Shown here: positions 1 to 9,142 of the stretch, one piece after another | How positions within the stretch are numbered: the stretch's first letter is position 1 | Layout: every line of letters starts with the position of its first letter | Source: Selaginella moellendorffii | Taxonomy: Eukaryota > Plantae > Lycopodiophyta | Direction of reading: 5' to 3' | NCBI RefSeq assembly: GCF_000143415.4 | Contig: NW_003314380.1 | Coordinates: forward strand, 1-17,365 | Length of the DNA: 17,365 nt | Notes under the pieces: model-generated | What the model saw: the letters and a program-made list of their open reading frames with translations, nothing else | What the model was told of the DNA's origin: nothing | The model's database searches: none | Program-made: the position numbers and the translations under genes

Positions 1-10
1 GTTCCAACGA

Positions 11-100
11 TGAAAGGGAAGAAGAGCAATCCTCTTGTGCAGTGAACAAGGATACAATCACATGGTGAGGAAGTCCCAAAGGATAGTGGGACTTAGAGGT
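11..100 (+). mobile_element. Degenerate fragment of the A/B/C gypsy-family LTR
   Basis: Aligns without gaps, by eye at roughly 70% identity, to LTR A 6129-6220 (tgaaa.ggaaga.gagc.atc...caaggatac...gaggaagtccca...tgggac.tag.ggtc). Confidence 0.7.
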
Positions 101-292
101 CAAGGTAATTCACTTAAGATCAAGCATAAGCTCAAGCTTGGGGTAGTCCACATGGCAGCTAGCAGTTATGGCTGGCCACGGCTATTGTTTGCTAATACAT
201 TGGACTCTAATCTAACTCTCCTTTGTTGAGTGCTTGGGGATCCTATTGATTTGTAGCCATCCTTGCCTCATCTACATAGTAATTTTGGTATG

Positions 293-529
293 GCTCTCTT
301 GAGACCCTACCTTTTGGGTCAAGCCCAGCCGGAGCACATTAGACCTGCTAGATGTTAATTAACATGTGGTGTGATTTTATTAGCCAACCAACAATTTACT
401 ATGCTTCTCTACTAATTCACACCCTCGTGAACAAAAGCTGAGAACCACAGCTCTCCTGAGAGCCCTGTGGGACGAGCCCAACCGGAGCACACTAGACTTG
501 CTAGATGTCAATCAATATATGGTGTGATT
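293..529. repeat. Imperfect direct repeat (~80 bp; 293-376 and 450-529) in the internal region of the 5S-LTR element
   Basis: gccca(g/a)ccggagcaca(t/c)tagac(c/t)tgctagatgt(t/c)aat(t/c)aa(c/t)at(g/a)tggtgtgatt occurs twice, ~153 bp apart; each copy begins with a hairpin (e.g. CCACAG-CTCTC-ct-GAGAG-cc-CTGTGG at 445-470). Confidence 0.85.
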
Positions 530-565
530 CTTCTATTTAACCAATAGAGTCAAACCTAAGACCCC

Positions 566-576
566 CTCTGATACCA
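566..576 (-). promoter_or_regulatory. Primer-binding site (initiator Met tRNA) of the 5S-LTR element
   Basis: Minus strand reads ...GCTTACA|TGGTATCAGAG directly after the LTR end; matches the canonical plant tRNA-iMet PBS TGGTATCAGAGC. Confidence 0.85.
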
Positions 577-743
577 TGTAAGCTCCTAAATTTGAATTTC
601 TTAAAAGGTCACCCAACCCAGTAGTATTTAAACCCAATGATGCTTAACCCCAAATATCCCAAACTGATTGGAAAAAAGGGTGTACTCCTTTATATTTGAA
701 CTTTATAAATCATCTTTTAAATAGTTCCCTTGGGTTGCTTACA
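577..743 (-). mobile_element. Short (167 bp) Cassandra-like LTR carrying a 5S rRNA-derived segment (594-648)
   Basis: Termini TGTAAGC...GCTTACA (7-bp inverted repeat), followed by a Met PBS. Minus strand 648-594 GTTAAGCATCATTGGG...TACTGGGTTGGGTGACCT resembles the A-box/IE/C-box half of plant 5S rRNA (~37/55 against the sequence as I recall it). Homologous to 7323-7497. Confidence 0.8.
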
Positions 744-1243
744 CTAACATTATCCAAGACAGCCACATAAGTTCACACCACTTTATTTTCATCAAAGTCC
801 TTCAATTTTCCAATAACACTAAAGAGGTATAAGAAACCACATTCCATTGAGACATCTTATGAAAAGAAAAACCCCCCAAGCATTTCCAATAGTTAGCATA
901 TATCTAAGCCATATATACTCTTCCCAACTTGAGAGTGAACAAAAGTCAATCTTTCTAGGAGTCAGTCTTGGTTGTTTCCACCAAATTAGCACTGGCCATG
1001 AGTCCAACCACAATGAATTGAGGATCTCGAAATATCAAGAATGGCCACAAACATTTGTGCATCCAGTAAACATCCCTATTGTGACTCGTCTTCATGAACA
1101 ACTCCTCTTCACCATTCTCCACACAGCTCTAGATAAGTATTGCTTATGAAATCAGGTTGGGACATTTAAACACTGCTCTAACATCCATCAAGGTCCCATG
1201 CCATGAGTACAAGTATTTGCCATGAACAAGCTCATTTTGCAGT
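744..1243 (-). pseudogene. Degenerate PLS-class pentatricopeptide-repeat (PPR) gene fragment
   Basis: Minus-strand fragments in shifting frames: LQNELVH..YS.HGTLMDVRAVF..PNLIS*AILI*SCVENGEEELF, LDAQMFVAILD, VHSQVGKS..GLDI..IGNA, FHKMSQWNVVSYTSLV, TYVAVLD. These resemble PLS-PPR motifs (N.LV.MY.KCG.L.DAR.VF..M..RNVVSW..LI; PD..TFV.IL). Many stops and frameshifts. Confidence 0.55.
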
Positions 1244-2088
1244 NNNNNNNNNNNNNNNNNNNNNNNNNNNNNNNNNNNNNNNNNNNNNNNNNNNNNNNNN
1301 NNNNNNNNNNNNNNNNNNNNNNNNNNNNNNNNNNNNNNNNNNNNNNNNNNNNNNNNNNNNNNNNNNNNNNNNNNNNNNNNNNNNNNNNNNNNNNNNNNNN
1401 NNNNNNNNNNNNNNNNNNNNNNNNNNNNNNNNNNNNNNNNNNNNNNNNNNNNNNNNNNNNNNNNNNNNNNNNNNNNNNNNNNNNNNNNNNNNNNNNNNNN
1501 NNNNNNNNNNNNNNNNNNNNNNNNNNNNNNNNNNNNNNNNNNNNNNNNNNNNNNNNNNNNNNNNNNNNNNNNNNNNNNNNNNNNNNNNNNNNNNNNNNNN
1601 NNNNNNNNNNNNNNNNNNNNNNNNNNNNNNNNNNNNNNNNNNNNNNNNNNNNNNNNNNNNNNNNNNNNNNNNNNNNNNNNNNNNNNNNNNNNNNNNNNNN
1701 NNNNNNNNNNNNNNNNNNNNNNNNNNNNNNNNNNNNNNNNNNNNNNNNNNNNNNNNNNNNNNNNNNNNNNNNNNNNNNNNNNNNNNNNNNNNNNNNNNNN
1801 NNNNNNNNNNNNNNNNNNNNNNNNNNNNNNNNNNNNNNNNNNNNNNNNNNNNNNNNNNNNNNNNNNNNNNNNNNNNNNNNNNNNNNNNNNNNNNNNNNNN
1901 NNNNNNNNNNNNNNNNNNNNNNNNNNNNNNNNNNNNNNNNNNNNNNNNNNNNNNNNNNNNNNNNNNNNNNNNNNNNNNNNNNNNNNNNNNNNNNNNNNNN
2001 NNNNNNNNNNNNNNNNNNNNNNNNNNNNNNNNNNNNNNNNNNNNNNNNNNNNNNNNNNNNNNNNNNNNNNNNNNNNNNNNNNNNNNNN
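1244..2088. other. Assembly gap (845 N)
   Basis: Run of N. Confidence 1.
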
Positions 2089-3754
2089 TAAGACTAAGCT
2101 AAACAAGGATGGATATGTCCTCCAGGCGATCTGGTTGTAAATCCTTTAATGGTGTATTGTGTTAGTCCCACTTCAAGGAGTTGGTGATGGGTCTCATCCA
2201 AATACTTGGGGTGTTTCTTACGAAATTGTGTAAGCAATTCTTGTTTTTATGCAAATTTCACTTAAATATACTCCTGGATGAATTTCACCATGTTGATCTT
2301 TAGATAGATCTTCTGTTGGGTCTCCAAAGTGCCATAGAACATTCAAGACTTGAGTTTAGATCAAGGTCTCTTATATATCTGGTAAGGCTTAACGAGTTAG
2401 TAAAGTTGATTAAACTGGTTAAGCAAAAATGTGGGTTTGTTTGATGTTGGTGTATGAAACCAATATTAAAGTTGATGGTTAGCCAATATTGGTTTGAAAT
2501 CGCTCAAAAGTGGTTGCTAACTATCTGATTACAGAAGAGACTAGCATATATGACTCATCTTAGTTGTGTTGGTTGAGGTTTGTTATGAATATAAAGAAAA
2601 AGCTTTGTAACAAAACACAATGCCTAAAGGTGCTGAATAACTGATTTAAGATTGCAAGTCAAACACAAAAATAATAGCTTTAAGCTGAATATTAGTGTCT
2701 TTGATAAGTTAAGCCCAAAAGGTAATCATACCTTATCAAGGTCAAGGTGAAGGTCTTGATTAAGGTTCACTCTTGAACTTATGGTAGGAAACAAAGTTTT
2801 AGTGAAAATATTTCAAAGTAAAGCTAATGGCCTATCAATGGATTAATCCACCATGTATACTGATTTATTGAGACTAAAATTAGATCTTTAAGTGGAGCAG
2901 GTTGAACTCCACATGCCTCCACATATACAGTATGAACAACTTGAATAGTTGCTAGATCAAGTTCTTGAAACACGGCGTGAAAAATGAAAACTTCTATCCC
3001 AATTGATAATGTGAGTACAAATTTGATTAAGACTGGAATTTGCATTAAGCTTAAGAAAAACATTTTTCCTTTATGGAAATAAGCAGGGATTTTGTCGTTG
3101 CTATCTTGACAATATTATCCTTCAATACCTCTCACACTTTCTTTTGGAGATTACCCAGATCAAGTGATTTGATAGCTCCTGAAGTAGCCTCAAGGTATAT
3201 AATAGGGATTGTACTTTCTTGTTCCAAAATATACTAGAACGAAAATAAATCATTACATTTCTTAAGTTTCATCCTTGGATGGTGCTAAGAACTTGATGCT
3301 TGAAGACTTCAATTGCTAAATAGACATAATTTCTACATAAATCCAACCAAATCTAGCTTGATACCTAGAAAACCAAGTGTAAATGGTTCATAGAACATGT
3401 GAAATCAGAGTGGCACAGTAGAAACGTGGTCTTGAAGCTTGCCATGAGGTGAGGCTATCAAGGTTGGGGAAGTAGTTCCGAGTGTTCAAAGAAAGGGCTT
3501 TGAACGAAAGTCAATGGTTGAAGATTTTTATGCTTATGCATGAACCATGTTACAGTGGCCGGATGACTTGCTAAGTGAGATTGGTAAGTCGGGGAAACAA
3601 ATACCCTAGTTGAAAGTGCTAACTTCAAAAAGGGTGGCCAATGGGGCCAAGCATAGAGGAGTCCATGCATAATCACGAGAGGGCTTGGTAGTGTGAAGGA
3701 ACTAAGTTCCTAAACTATGATCTGTAGCGCATTTTAAGTATAAGTTGGTGCACT

Positions 3755-3970
3755 GGCGTGGGGAGTCACGCCAAGCATCCTGTGCGATGCCGTCCGTAGA
3801 TGCATATGCGGAGGTTGGGTTCGAATCCCGACCCTCTAGTGCTTGAGTTCGAGTCCTAACTCACTAGGGCGAGGTGACGGTTTGGAATATGAGGACACTC
3901 ATTTTTCAGTGGTCATGGACTCTTAGTAAGGAGACTAGCTTGGGCACACCGCCAAGTGGGGGATGCCCCG
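3755..3970 (+). ncRNA. Putative cis-acting structured RNA module (copy in element A)
   Basis: Hairpins GGCGTGG-ggag-TCACGCC, GCATC/GATGC, TCCGTA/TGCGGA, GGTTGGG-TTCGAAT-CCCGACC, CTCTAGTG/CACTAGGG, ATGAG-gaca-CTCAT, GGGCA/TGCCC; homologous to 8776-9005(-) and 15631-15846(-). Confidence 0.55.
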
Positions 3971-5289
3971 AAGTCGTGATACATAGTTAGATTGCTTAGT
4001 GTGAAAGCTTGGCATATCTAATTTGAAAACTTTGGTGCAAGTGGCACCAAAGACGTGGTGAATAAGTGAATGGTGAATTTAGCCACAAGATCACCAAGTG
4101 ATCTCATTTTGGCACCTTAACAGGTTTGCCAATAGGTACTAAGTCTTCCAGACCTTTAAGTTGTTCACCATGCCCCCGGGGGCATCCCCCACACTTGGCG
4201 GTGCACCCAAGCTAGCCCTTCCAGCTAAGGGTCCTTGTTTGGGTAAGGAATAAGGTTCCTAGTTCAAAGTGTTAATTTGAACGATTGATAATGGTGTGGC
4301 TTGGTCAAGGTGACCAAATGAGAAGAACACTTAAGGGAAATGAGCTATGCCAATGCAATAGCATAGTAAGTCCAAGGAAAGTAGTCTCTATAAGGGATCC
4401 ATATGAGGGTCTCAAAGTTAAGTCGTAGATAGAGCCTATAACAGAAAATGTTAAAGAGACGTGCTAGAGGTGAACACCCTTTAGACTTGGCAAAACAAAG
4501 TGTTTGCTATGGAACCAAAAGGATACCTCAAGAATGGAGGTAACGATCCTATGTTGCTAGGTGCAACAATCAAGGATAGGAGCAAAAGACTAATGGCTAA
4601 GGAAAGAGCCATGGGAATCATGGGGAAGAATCCAAATGACAAAGTTAGGCCAAGAACACTAATGTGTTAGGTGCTAATGGATTGTGAGAAAGGCAATGTG
4701 TTTCCAAGGATGGATTCTCAATTGCTCTAATATGGCAAAACTGGAAGCTCCAAGGGAGGGAGTGGTAAGGTAGCTAGATGATAGGGCCGTGGACAGCCCT
4801 AGCATAAATTATGATAACTGAAATTTAGTGCCAAAGGTGGCATGAAATCGAAGAGAGGATGATGGTGCCCTCAAGTAGAGAACTTCCTAGGATGGGGAAG
4901 TGGTGTTGCATGATATGTGCAATGCAAGGTGTCGGAGACACCCAGGAAATTGACTTCGAAAAGTCAGAATTAAAAGTTCCAAAGTACAAGGGTTATATCG
5001 ATGGAAATTGAGACTACTCGAGAATGAGTAGTGAGATTGGGTTAGAGAAGGTGTCTCTAACAGGTTTAGCAAGAACTAAACGAATAAAAGGAGAGAACCA
5101 CCACAAGTGGTCGAATGAGTCTCTAAGTTGGAGAGACTATGCGCCTTAAAGGGTGAACAAAGCATGGTGAGCCTTCGGTGTCAAACCATTAATGAATATT
5201 GGCGAGGTGCCAAGGATGGAAAGGGTAATATATGTTGTTATTACTTTACGAAATAGTTTATCGTTCGATGAGGACATCGAACTTCGTCT

Positions 5290-5303
5290 ATGGGTGGTGG
5301 AGT
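5290..5303 (+). promoter_or_regulatory. Polypurine tract of element A
   Basis: ATGGGTGGTGGAGT immediately before LTR start TGTGAGG; the same tract precedes the LTRs of D and B. Confidence 0.8.
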
Positions 5304-6691
5304 TGTGAGGCACAAAATCCCTAGGCCCCAAAGTGGAGCTGAAAGGGTGCCACGTGGTAGTGACTGAAGCGAAAGCCAAACGAGCGTAACATGTTTGGAC
5401 TAAAAGCTCCACCTTGAAAGGTCGAGAGCGGGAGTGGAACTCCCAACAAAGTGCTCAAGGAACGAGTATGAAGCGAGCAATAAGTGAAGCTCCAAAAAGG
5501 GACCCAAAAGGACCAACACGTGACACGTGAATGAGTTCGAAATGGAGTCTGAGATGGAGTTCGAGATGGACCCGAAATGGAGTCTGAGATGGACCCGAGA
5601 TGGAGTCCGAGATGGACCCGAGATGGAGTCCGAGTCCGAATCCGAATCCGAGTTTGAGTCTGAATACTAATACAGGTTATTGGGTAAAAGCCCAAAGCAA
5701 TTGTCCCCTAGGGGGGGGCTATAGGGGGTTCCAAAAGTATAGTAGGGAGAGTGTGGAGGTTGGAGCCCAGTGGAGCCAGTTTGGCCAGGAAAGGTTAGTT
5801 TTGCCTAGAAAAGGCTAACTTAGCCCAAGAAGGCCATACCTAGTGTTGGGTGATGAATTGACCAAGACTAGAGTGAATATGGACCGACAAGCGGGGTAAT
5901 TTGGTGAAGTGTTCAAGAGCCAACTTTAGTTCCCCCGGGAAGATTGAATGGTCGATGCTCCCAGTCCAAGTGTGGGTGGCACTACCTACTTGGATACTTG
6001 GTGTGGCTCAACGGAACCTTGCTTTAAGCCCATGGCTAGAGCACCCAAAGGTGGAAGGTGGGGAGAGTACTCATGAGGCTCGCGTAAGGCCACGGTGTTC
6101 CGAAATGTTGTCTCAAAGTCCTAGACTGTGAAAAGGAAGAGGAGCCATCTTCTAGTGTAGAGACCAAGGATACGGTCATGTGAGGAGGAAGTCCCAGAAG
6201 ACCATGGGACCTAGTGGTCGGACTTGTGGGCCTTGATCTAGTGGCAGTGTTGGCAAACACAGCGGTGGATGGAAAGGGACTTGGTGAGGACCGGAACAGA
6301 GATATTGGGGAAGGCTATTCCCCATGTCTATGGGCATCCTAAGGATGCTAAGGAGTGGATCTGGGATGACCACTCATGGACGAATGGCCCAGTCTTGGAG
6401 AGACGGGATTGCAATGTAGGTGGTGTTAGACCACCGATGTGACCAAGGTGAATGAGCATGGCCTAGTGTAACGGGCTCATATGTTGGTGGTACCTTGGGG
6501 TGTCAGTTATGGGATCAGACACATGGAGCACTTGGACCAAATGCAAAGGTTGAGTGGTATGGATGCCATTCTCCGGGCTAGCAAACCCCAAGTCCTGAAT
6601 GGGACTTATGGAGGTTGTGAATGAGACTCCTCCAAGTGGTCAGAGGTGCAGTTAAGTTACTAAAGTAAAATGGAAAAATTAGTTGCTTACA
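5304..6691 (+). repeat. 3' LTR of element A (1388 bp)
   Basis: Starts TG after the PPT and ends ...ggaaaaattagttGCTTACA, homologous to the end of D's LTR (ggaaaaatttgtgGCTTACA). Contains a 12-bp minisatellite (~5530-5665) and a G8 run. Confidence 0.8.
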
Positions 6692-7260
6692 GAGAGCTAG
6701 AATTGACTCTTGAACACTTCACTAAGTTACCCCACTTGTTTGCCTGTATTCACTCTAGCCTTGGACTCCTTAGTAGTTATATCATCACCCACTATATGGG
6801 TATAGCCTTCCTTGGTCACACTGGCATTTCCTGGCTAAACTGGCTCCATTGGAATCCTTCCTCTATTATACTTTTGGAGCTCACCAAAACTGCCCAAGGT
6901 TTGGAAGATGATTGCTTTTGGCTTTCACCCTCGAATTCGAACTCGAACTCAGACTCAGTCTTGGTCTCGGTTTCTTTCTCGGCCTTGACCTCAAGCTCCA
7001 TCTCAGATCTATCTCAGATTTGACTTCGGATTCATATCAGACTCTATCTTGGGTCCATCTCAAGTCCATATTGGACTCTATTTCAGACTCCATCTCAGAT
7101 TCCTTCTCAAACTCCATCTAGATTTCTTTTTCGAACTTATTCCTGACACATCCATGTGTCATGACACTTGCCATGTGTCAATCCTTCCTATGTCCTCTTT
7201 AAGAGACTCATTCACTAATTGTTTCATGCTCATTCTTTGAATACTTTATTCAGAGTTCCA
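6692..7260 (-). repeat. Old host LTR 'C', part 1 (same family as LTR A/B)
   Basis: Reverse complement aligns to LTR A ~5440-5935 including the minisatellite; continues at 12810 once the nested insertion is removed (compare LTR B 14121-14225). Confidence 0.75.
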
Positions 7261-7322
7261 TATAAGCTCTTGAGTTTGGACTTCCCGGGAATTCCAAACT
7301 CAGGAGCTTAAGCGTGGTGGAT

Positions 7323-7497
7323 TGTAAGCAACCAAAAAGAATGACTTGAGAGATGATCCATGAGGTTCAAATATAGAGGGAAAGGGCCCATTAATAAGAG
7401 TGCCCTTTTAAGGGTATTGGGATAGGGTTAAGAGTCCTTGAGTGTGAATAGTACTGGGCTAGATGACCTCTCAGGAAGTCCAAACTCAGGAGCTTAC
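7323..7497 (+). repeat. Cassandra-like LTR with 5S rRNA internal-promoter segment (7427-7481)
   Basis: TGTAAGC...GCTTAC(A), with the final A displaced to 12804 by element D. GTTAAGAGTCCTTGAGTGTGAATAGTACTGGGCTAGATGACCTCTCAGGAAGTCC is ~43/55 identical to plant 5S rRNA as recalled. Confidence 0.85.
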
Positions 7498-8694
7498 TGT
7501 AAGCCACAAATTTTTCCTTTCCAATTTGCCAGCTTACCTCGTCTATCCGTCCGACACTACCTTGGTTTTTGCTAAGTTCCCTCGCCAAAGTTCCCGCCTA
7601 TGGTGCCAACTCCTACTTGGTCCTACTTGGTTTCAGCTACTCACTGCACGAGCAACGGAGCGTTAGCCATCCATCCACGGATTCTCAATCTCTCCCAATC
7701 CCCCTCCCCGGGTTAGACTGGACTTAAGGTTCGGCTACACTCCCCGCAGGCACAAGCAGCCAAGCACACCAAGCCTCCAGGTTCTTAACACCCCTTGGTA
7801 CCACAAGACTTGATCATGGGACCCTCTAAATCCCAAGTCTTGGGTGCAACACTTGCTTCGGGACGCCGGGGCGAAACACCGTGGCCTAACGGCCCGGTAT
7901 GGGTACCTCTACCCCCCCACTTCCATCCCGAAGGAAGGCCCAAGCCCCTAGGAAGGGCGAGGACCAATGAGCCGCATGGTACTCAAGTGGGGCACCACTN
8001 NNNNNNNNNNNNNNNNNNNNNNNNNNNNNNNNNNNNNNNNNNNNNNNNNNNNNNNNNNNNNNNNNNNNNNNNNNNNNNNNNNNNNNNNNNNNNNNNNNNN
8101 NNNNNNNNNNNNNNNNNNNNNNNNNNNNNNNNNNNNNNNNNNNNNNNNNNNNNNNNNNNNNNNNNNNNNNNNNNNNNNNNNNNNNNNNNNNNNNNNNNNN
8201 NNNNNNNNNNNNNNNNNNNNNNNNNNNNNNNNNNNNNNNNNNNNNNNNNNCTGGGAGACGCACGCTTTGGGCTTTCACCCCTTGACCCGTATTAGTATTT
8301 GGACTTAGTCTCTGGCTCGATCTCAGACTCGATTTCGGATCCGACTTCGGATTCGGTCTCGGACTCGATCTCGGACTCGATCTCGGACCCGATCTCGGAC
8401 CCGACCTCGAACTCGGTCTTGGACCCGATTTTGGATCTCGGACTCCGTCTCGAACTCGGTCTCGAACTTGGTCTCCGAGTCGGCCTCGGACTTGATTCTG
8501 GACTCTATCTCGAACTCGGTCTCCGAGTCGGTCTTGGACTCGGACTCGATTCTGGACTCTATCTCGAACTCGGTCTCCGAGTCGGTCTTGGACTCGATCT
8601 TCGACTTGGTCCCATCCGATGAACTCTTTGTCATTTTGGTCATGCTTTCGGGGTTCCTTTAGCCTACAACACCTCGGCGAGTTGGTTCCTTACA
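7498..8694 (-). repeat. 3' LTR of element D (contains 251-N gap)
   Basis: Near-identical to 11649-12798: I count 10 substitutions (all transitions) in ~484 aligned bp before the gap, plus one 18-bp indel and minisatellite length differences. Confidence 0.95.
8000..8250. other. Assembly gap (251 N) inside the LTR
   Basis: Flanks match 12132 and 12385 of the sister LTR (252 bp between them), ending at the C21 homopolymer. Confidence 1.
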
Positions 8695-8708
8695 ACTCCA
8701 CCACCCAT
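8695..8708 (-). promoter_or_regulatory. Polypurine tract of element D
   Basis: Minus strand ATGGGTGGTGGAGT|TGTAAGG. Confidence 0.85.
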
Positions 8709-8775
8709 AGAAGAAGTTTGATGCCCACATCGAACGTCTCTCTTTTTGATCCTACAACTTGTTGACCATGTCTCC

Positions 8776-9005
8776 GGGGGCATCCCCCCACTTAGCGGTG
8801 TGCCTAAGTTAGCCTCCCCGGCCAAGAGCCCATGACAACGGAATATAGGTGTCCCTATACCCCTCACCTCACCACGCCCTAGTATGGGGTCGGGACTTGA
8901 ACCCAGCCTTACGTTACTAGGGGGTTGGGACTTGAACCCAACCTCCGTAGAATACATCTACGGATTCGACATCCCCACAGGGAGTCGGGCGTAGCTCCCT
9001 ACGCC
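8776..9005 (-). ncRNA. Putative cis-acting structured RNA module in the 3' UTR of D, with two T-loop-like hairpins
   Basis: Sense strand: GGCGTAG-ggag-CTACGCC; GACTCCC-tgtg-GGGATGTC; TCCGTAGA-tgtat-TCTACGGA; GGTTGGG-TTCAAGT-CCCAACC; CCCTAGTA[..GGCTGGG-TTCAAGT-CCCGACC..]TACTAGGG; TATAGG-gaca-CCTATA; GGCA..TGCC. Confidence 0.6.
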
Positions 9006-9142
9006 TGGTCGACCTAGCTAACCCATGCTAATTAGCTTACCTTCGGCGCGCCTTCGGGTCCCAACATATGCCATTGCTCAACTTCACAAATTTGATACTT
9101 TTAATTGAACTTTGCATAAGTACATAGAGTTCTGCCTTGCAG

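Larger units (their letters stand above)
3355..6691 (+). mobile_element. Element A: 5'-truncated or interrupted gypsy-family LTR retrotransposon; non-coding 3' internal region, PPT and 3' LTR
   Basis: Reverse-complement homology to element B from ~3355 (matches ~16263). PPT at 5290-5303 followed by TG...CA LTR. Shares the structured 3' module and PPT-proximal 42 nt with young chromovirus D. No recognisable protein domains. Confidence 0.8.

Noticed and set aside
293-529. Hammerhead ribozyme / retrozyme in the hairpin-rich repeat
   Set aside because: No CTGANGA...GAAA core in a suitable arrangement on either strand.
1144-2106. Long ORFs of 289-320 aa in the ORF track (also those at 7795-8308)
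   Set aside because: They are runs of X across N-gaps, not coding evidence.
2089-3354. Possible degenerate coding sequence on the minus strand (ORF 2824-3063; stop-interrupted frame ~2095-2345), perhaps LINE ORF1-like
   Set aside because: No motif I can confidently recognise; a translated homology search is needed, so left unannotated.
3945-3968. Similarity of CCAAGTGGGGG to the plant 7SL/SRP RNA Alu domain
   Set aside because: Too short, with no flanking SRP features that I can recognise.
7427-7481. Functional 5S rRNA gene
   Set aside because: Only ~55 nt of the ~120-nt gene, diverged, and inside TG...CA LTRs; fits a Cassandra-type LTR.
8299-8620. CRISPR-like appearance of regular short repeats
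   Set aside because: Contiguous tandem units with no unique spacers, inside eukaryotic LTRs; no cas genes.
8888-8943. Bona fide tRNA gene(s) suggested by GGTTCAAGTCC
   Set aside because: I could not build an acceptor stem, D-arm and anticodon arm with correct spacing; reported as a structured module instead.
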